DNA of 64,000 bases, taken from positions 48,856,001 through 48,920,000 of the forward strand of contig OZ024751.1 in assembly GCA_964016885.1 (NCBI GenBank), read 5' to 3'. Each line of letters opens with the position of its first letter. Positions within the stretch are counted from its first letter, which is position 1. Positions 57,701 through 64,000 of the stretch are shown one piece after another. This stretch comes from Eledone cirrhosa. Lineage: Eukaryota. Made by a program: the position numbers and the translations under genes. The notes beneath the pieces were generated by a model that saw only the letters and a program-made list of their open reading frames with translations, made no database searches and was not told the origin of the DNA.

Positions 57701-60700
57701 AGTGTTGTTACTGTTGTTAGTCTTGTTACTGTTGTTACTGTTGTTATTGTTGTTATTGTTGTTAATGTTGTTACTGTTGTTATTGTTGTTAGTGTTGTTA
57801 GTGTTGATATTGTTGTTATTGTTTTTATTGTTGTTAGTGTTGTTATTGTTGTTATATTTGTAAGTGTTGTTAGTGTTGTTAGTGTTGTTAGTGTTGTTAT
57901 TGTTGTTACTGTTGTTAGTGTTGTTACTGTTGTTAGTGTTGTTATTGTTGTTAGTGTTGTTACTGTTGTTAGTGTTGTTATTGTTGTTATTGTTGTTATT
58001 TTTGTTATTGTTGTTAGTGTTGTTGTTATTGTTGTTAGTGTTGTTAGTGTTGTTATTGTTGTTAGTGTTGTTATTGTTGTTACTGTTGTTACTGTTGTTA
58101 TTGTTGTTACTGTTGTTACTGTTGTTATTGTTGTTACTGTTGTTACTTTTGTTAGTGTTGTTACTGTTGTTAGTGTTGTTATTGTTGTTACTGTTGTTAT
58201 TGTTGTTAGTGTTGTTACTGTTGTTATTGTTGTTACTGTTGTTACTGTTGTTAGTGTTGTTACTGTTGTTACTGTTGTTATTGTTGTTACTGTTGTTACT
58301 TTTCTTAGTGTTGTTACTGTTGTTACTGTTGTTATTGTTGTCACTGTTGTTACTGTTGTTAGTGTTGTTACTGTTGTTACTGTTGTTATTGTTGTTACTG
58401 TTGTTATTGTTGTTAGTGTTGTTAGTGTTGTTACTGTTGTTACTGTTGTTATTGTTGTTACTGTTGTTAGTGTTGTTACTGTTGTTATTGTTGTTATTGT
58501 CGTTATTGTTGTTAGTGTTGTTACTGTTGTTAGTGTTGTTACTGTTGTTACTGTTGTTATTGTTGTTACTGTTGTTACTGTTGTTATTGTTGTTACAGCT
58601 GTTACTGTTGTTATTGTTGTTACTGTTGTTACTGTTGTTAGTGTTGTTACTGTTGTTATTGCTGTTAGTGTTGTTATTGTTGTTACTGTTGTTAGTGTTG
58701 TTATTATTGTTACTGTTGTTATTGTTGTTAGTGTTGTTAGTGTTGTTATTGTTGTTAGTATTGTTATTGTTGTTAGTGTTGTTAGTGTTGTTAGTGTTGT
58801 TATTGTTGTTACTGTTGTTACTGCTGTTACTGTTGTTAGTGTTGTTGCTGTTGTTACTGTTATTGTTGTTAGTATTGTTATTGTTGTTACTGTTGTTAGT
58901 GTTGTTACTGTTGTTATTGTTGTTATTGTTGTTACTGTTGTTATTGTTGTTAGTGTTGTTATTGTTGTTAGTGTTGTTACTGTTGTTACTGTTGTTATTG
59001 TTGTTATTATTGTTACTGTTGTTATTGTTGTTAGTGTTGTTAGTGTTGTTAGTGTTGTTATTGTTGTTACAGTTGTTAGTGCTGTTAGTATTGTTATTAT
59101 TGTTAGTGTTGTTACTGTTGTTAGTGTTGTTAGTGTTGTTAGTGTTGTTATTGCTGTTAGTGTTGTTACTGTTGTTAGTCTTGTTACTGTTGTTACTGTT
59201 GTTATTGTTGTTATTGTTGTTAATGTTGTTACTGTTGTTATTGTTGTTAGCGTTGTTAGTGTTGATATTGTTGTTATTGTTTTTATTGTTGTTAGTGTTG
59301 TTATTGTTGTTATATTTGTAAGTGTTGTTAGTGTTGTTAGTGTTGTTAGTGTTGTTATTGTTGTTACTGTTGTTAGTGTTGTTACTGTTGTTAGTGTTGT
59401 TATTGTTGTTAGTGTTGTTACTGTTGTTAGTGTTGTTATTGTTGTTATTGTTGTTATTTTTGTTATTGTTGTTAGTGTTGTTGTTATTGTTGTTAGTGTT
59501 GTTAGTGTTGTTATTGTTGTTAGTGTTGTTATTGTTGTTACTGTTGTTACTGTTGTTATTGTTGTTACTGTTGTTACTGTTGTTATTGTTGTTACTGTTG
59601 TTACTTTTGTTAGTGTTGTTACTGTTGTTAGTGTTGTTATTGTTGTTACTGTTGTTATTGTTGTTAGTGTTGTTACTGTTGTTATTGTTGTTACTGTTGT
59701 TACTGTTGTTAGTGTTGTTACTGTTGTTACTGTTGTTATTGTTGTTACTGTTGTTACTTTTCTTAGTGTTGTTACTGTTGTTACTGTTGTTATTGTTGTC
59801 ACTGTTGTTACTGTTGTTAGTGTTGTTACTGTTGTTACTGTTGTTATTGTTGTTACTGTTGTTATTGTTGTTAGTGTTGTTAGTGTTGTTACTGTTGTTA
59901 CTGTTGTTATTGTTGTTACTGTTGTTAGTGTTGTTACTGTTGTTATTGTTGTTATTGTCGTTATTGTTGTTAGTGTTGTTACTGTTGTTAGTGTTGTTAC
60001 TGTTGTTACTGTTGTTATTGTTGTTACTGTTGTTACTGTTGTTATTGTTGTTACAGCTGTTACTGTTGTTATTGTTGTTACTGTTGTTACTGTTGTTAGT
60101 GTTGTTACTGTTGTTATTGCTGTTAGTGTTGTTAGTGTTGTTACTGTTGTTAGTGTTGTTATTATTGTTACTGTTGTTATTGTTGTTAGTGTTGTTAGTG
60201 TTGTTATTGTTGTTAGTATTGTTATTGTTGTTAGTGTTGTTAGTGTTGTTAGTGTTGTTATTGTTGTTACTGTTGTTACTGCTGTTACTGTTGTTAGTGT
60301 TGTTGCTGTTGTTACTGTTATTGTTGTTAGTATTGTTATTGTTGTTACTGTTGTTAGTGTTGTTACTGTTGTTATTGTTGTTATTGTTGTTACTGTTGTT
60401 ATTGTTGTTAGTGTTGTTATTGTTGTTAGTGTTGTTACTGTTGTTACTGTTGTTATTGTTGTTATTATTGTTACTGTTGTTATTGTTGTTAGTGTTGTTA
60501 GTGTTGTTAGTGTTGTTATTGTTGTTACAGTTGTTAGTGCTGTTAGTATTGTTATTATTGTTAGTGTTGTTACTGTTGTTAGTGTTGTTAGTGTTGTTAG
60601 TGTTGTTATTGCTGTTAGTGTTGTTACTGTTGTTAGTCTTGTTACTGTTGTTACTGTTGTTATTGTTGTTATTGTTGTTAATGTTGTTACTGTTGTTATT

Positions 60701-63700
60701 GTTGTTAGTGTTGTTAGTGTTGATATTGTTGTTATTGTTTTTATTGTTGTTAGTGTTGTTATTGTTGTTATATTTGTAAGTGTTGTTAGTGTTGTTAGTG
60801 TTGTTAGTGTTGTTATTGTTGTTACTGTTGTTAGTGTTGTTACTGTTGTTAGTGTTGTTATTGTTGTTAGTGTTGTTACTGTTGTTAGTGTTGTTATTGT
60901 TGTTATTGTTGTTATTTTTGTTATTGTTGTTAGTGTTGTTGTTATTGTTGTTAGTGTTGTTAGTGTTGTTATTGTTGTTAGTGTTGTTATTGTTGTTACT
61001 GTTGTTACTGTTGTTATTGTTGTTACTGTTGTTACTGTTGTTATTGTTGTTACTGTTGTTACTTTTGTTAGTGTTGTTACTGTTGTTAGTGTTGTTATTG
61101 TTGTTACTGTTGTTATTGTTGTTAGTGTTGTTACTGTTGTTATTGTTGTTACTGTTGTTAATGTTGTTAGTGTTGTTACTGTTGTTACTGTTGTTATTGT
61201 TGTTACTGTTGTTACTTTTCTTAGTGTTGTTACTGTTGTTACTGTTGTTATTGTTGTCACTGTTGTTACTGTTGTTAGTGTTGTTACTGTTGTTACTGTT
61301 GTTATTGTTGTTACTGTTGTTATTGTTGTTAGTGTTGTTAGTGTTGTTACTGTTGTTACTGTTGTTATTGTTGTTACTGTTGTTAGTGTTGTTACTGTTG
61401 TTATTGTTGTTATTGTCGTTATTGTTGTTAGTGTTGTTACTGTTGTTAGTGTTGTTACTGTTGTTACTGTTGTTATTGTTGTTACTGTTGTTACTGTTGT
61501 TATTGTTGTTACAGCTGTTACTGTTGTTATTGTTGTTACTGTTGTTACTGTTGTTAGTGTTGTTACTGTTGTTATTGTTGTTAGTGTTGTTAGTGTTGTT
61601 ACTGTTGTTAGTGTTGTTATTATTGTTACTGTTGTTATTGTTGTTAGTGTTGTTAGTGTTGTTACTGTTGTTAGTGTTGTTAGTGTTGTTAGTGTTGTTA
61701 GTGTTGTTATTGTTGTTAGTGTTGTTTGTGTTGTTAGTGTTGTTAGTGTTGTTAGTGTTGTTACTGTTGTTATAGTTGTTATTGTTGTTATAGTTGTTAT
61801 TTTTTTAGTGTCGTTATTGTTGTTATTGTTGTTAGTGTTGTTAGTGTTGTTACTGTTGTTAGTGTTGTTAGTGTTGTTAGTGCTGTTATTGTTGTTATTG
61901 TTGTTAGTGTTGTTATTGTTGTTACTGTTGTTAGTGTTGTTAGTGTTGTTAGTGTTGTTATTGTTGTTAGTGTTGTTAGTGTTGTTAGTGTTGTTACTGT
62001 TGTTATAGTTGTTATTGTTGTTATAGTTGTTATTGTTTTAGTGTTGTTATTGTTGTTATTGTTGTTATTGTTGTTATTGTTGTTACTGTTGTTAGTCTTG
62101 TTACTGTTGTTACAGTTGTTATTGTTGTTAGTGTTGTTAGTGTTGTTACTGTTATTATTGTTGTTAGTGTTGTTAGTGTTGTTATTGTTTTTATTGTTGT
62201 AAGTGTTGTTATTGTTGTTATATTTGTAAGTGTTGTTAGTGTTGTTAGTGTTGTTAGTGTTGTTATTGTTGTTACTGTTGTTAGTGTTGTTAGTGTTGTT
62301 ACTGTTGTTAGTGTTGTTATTGTTGTTAGTGTTGTTATTGTTGTTAGTGTTGTTATTGTTGTTATTGTTGTTATTGTTGTTACTTTTGTTAGTGTTGTTA
62401 GTGTTGTTAGTGTTGTTAGTGTTGTTAGTGTTGTTAGTGTTGTTATTGTTGTTATTGTTGTTGTTACTGTTGTTACTGTTGTTAGAGTTGTTATTGTTGT
62501 TATTGTTGTTATTGTTGTTAGTGTTGTTAGTGTTGTTATTGTTGTTATTGTTGTTATTGTTGTTAGTGTTGTTAGTGTTGTTAGTGTTGTTGCTGTTGTT
62601 ACTGTTGTTATTGTTGTTACTGTTGTTATTGTTGTTATTGTTGTTAGTGTTGTTATTGTTGTTGCTGTTGTTATTGTTGTTATTGTTGTTAGTGTTGTTA
62701 GTGTTGTTACTGTTGTTATTGTTGTTATTGTTGTTAGTGTTGTTAGTGTTGTTAGTGTTATTATTGTTGTTAGTGTTGTTAGTGTTGTTATTGTTGTTAT
62801 AGTTGATAGTGTTGTTAGTGTTGTTACTGTTGTGAGTGTTGTTATTGTTGTTAGTGTTGTTAGTGTTGTTAGTGTTGTTAGTGTTGTTATTGTTGTTAGT
62901 GTTGTTAGTGTTGTTAGTGTTGTTATTGTTGTTAGAGTTGTTAGTGTTGTTAGTGTTGTTATTGTTTTTACTGTTGTTATTGTTGTTATTGTTGTTACTG
63001 TTGTTATTGTTGTTATTGTTGTTAGTGTTGTTATTGTTGTTATTGTTGTTAGCGTTGTTAGTGTTGTTAGTGTTGTTATTGTTGTTACTGTTATTATTGT
63101 TGTTAGTGTTGTTATTGTTGTTACTGTTGTTATTGTTGTTAGTGTTGTTAGTGTTGTTACTGTTGTTAGTGTTGTTACTGTTGTTACTGTTGTTATTGTT
63201 GTTACTGTTGTTATTGTTGTTAATGTTGTTACTGTTGTTAGTGTTGTTAGTGTTGTTACTGTTGTTACTGTTGTTATTGTTGTTACTATTGTTACTGTTG
63301 TTATTGTTGTTACTGTTGTTACTGTTGTTAGTGTTGTTAGTGTTGTTACTGTTGTTAGTGTTGTTACTGTTGTTACTGTTGTTACTGTTGTTACTGTTGT
63401 TAGTGTTGTTCGTGTTGTTACTGTTGTTAGTGTTGTTAGTGTTGTTAGTGTTGTTATTGTTGTTATTGTTGTTAGTGTTGTTACTGTTGTTAGTGTTGTT
63501 ATTGTTTTTATTGTTGTTAGTGTTGTTATTGTTGTTATATTTGTAAGTGTTGTTAGTGTTGTTAGTGTTGTTAGTGTTGTTATTGTTGTTATTGTTGTTG
63601 TTACTGTTTTTACTGTTGATACTGTTGTTAGTGTTGTTAGTGTTGTTAGAGTTGTTATTGTTGTTATTGTTGTTATTGTTGTTATTGTTGTTACTGTTGT

Positions 63701-64000
63701 TATTGTTGTTACTGTTGTTAGTGTTGTTATTGTTGTTACTGTTGTTATTGCTGTTAGTGTTGTTATTGTTGTTACTGTTGTTATTGCTGTTATTGTTGTT
63801 ACTGTTGTTACTGTTGTTATTGTTGTTACTGTTGTTACTGTTGTTAGTGTTGTTAGTGTTGTTACTGTTGTTACTGTTGTTATTGTTGTTACTGTTGTTA
63901 CTGTTGTTATTGTTGTTACTTTTGTTACTGTTGTTAGTGTTGTTAGTGTTGTTACTGTTGTTAGTGTTGTTACTGTTGTTACTGTTGTTACTGTTGTTAG
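51776..64000. repeat. 9-bp satellite TGTTGTTA[C/T/G], over 12 kb, with 1458-bp higher-order repeat
   Basis: Marker TATTTGTAAG at 55761, 57855, 59313, 60771, 62221, 63538; runs off the window end. Confidence 0.95.

Noticed and set aside
51778-63546. Very long poly-Leu and poly-Val ORFs on plus
   Set aside because: Stop-free frames of the 9-mer satellite
51776-64000. CRISPR-like or telomeric array
   Set aside because: No unique spacers; unit is not TTAGGG-type

Overview
AT-rich, microsatellite-saturated animal DNA. The SINE types and repeat load suggest a cephalopod such as octopus, but that is inference only. No host protein-coding gene is supportable, and nearly all ORF-track entries are simple-repeat artefacts. 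The main signal is about 15 short elements of several unrelated families embedded in (TA)n tracts. Most have an inverted arm, a sense arm and an unpaired 3' tail, and many carry type-I hammerhead ribozyme folds, often with palindromic stem-III loops and variant cores. This architecture matches Penelope-like pseudo-LTRs or non-LTR retrozymes. One locus has two tandem hammerheads 591 nt apart. Also present: a full-length decayed Tx1/L1-type LINE inside (GATA)n, a 2.5-kb non-autonomous Helitron holding an apparently intact spliced STPR-like mini-gene, RTE 3' fragments, two tRNA-derived SINE families, a tRNA-Asp/SINE chimera with a 12-bp TSD, and a >12-kb 9-mer satellite with a 1458-bp higher-order repeat. 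All folds and alignments were done by eye.
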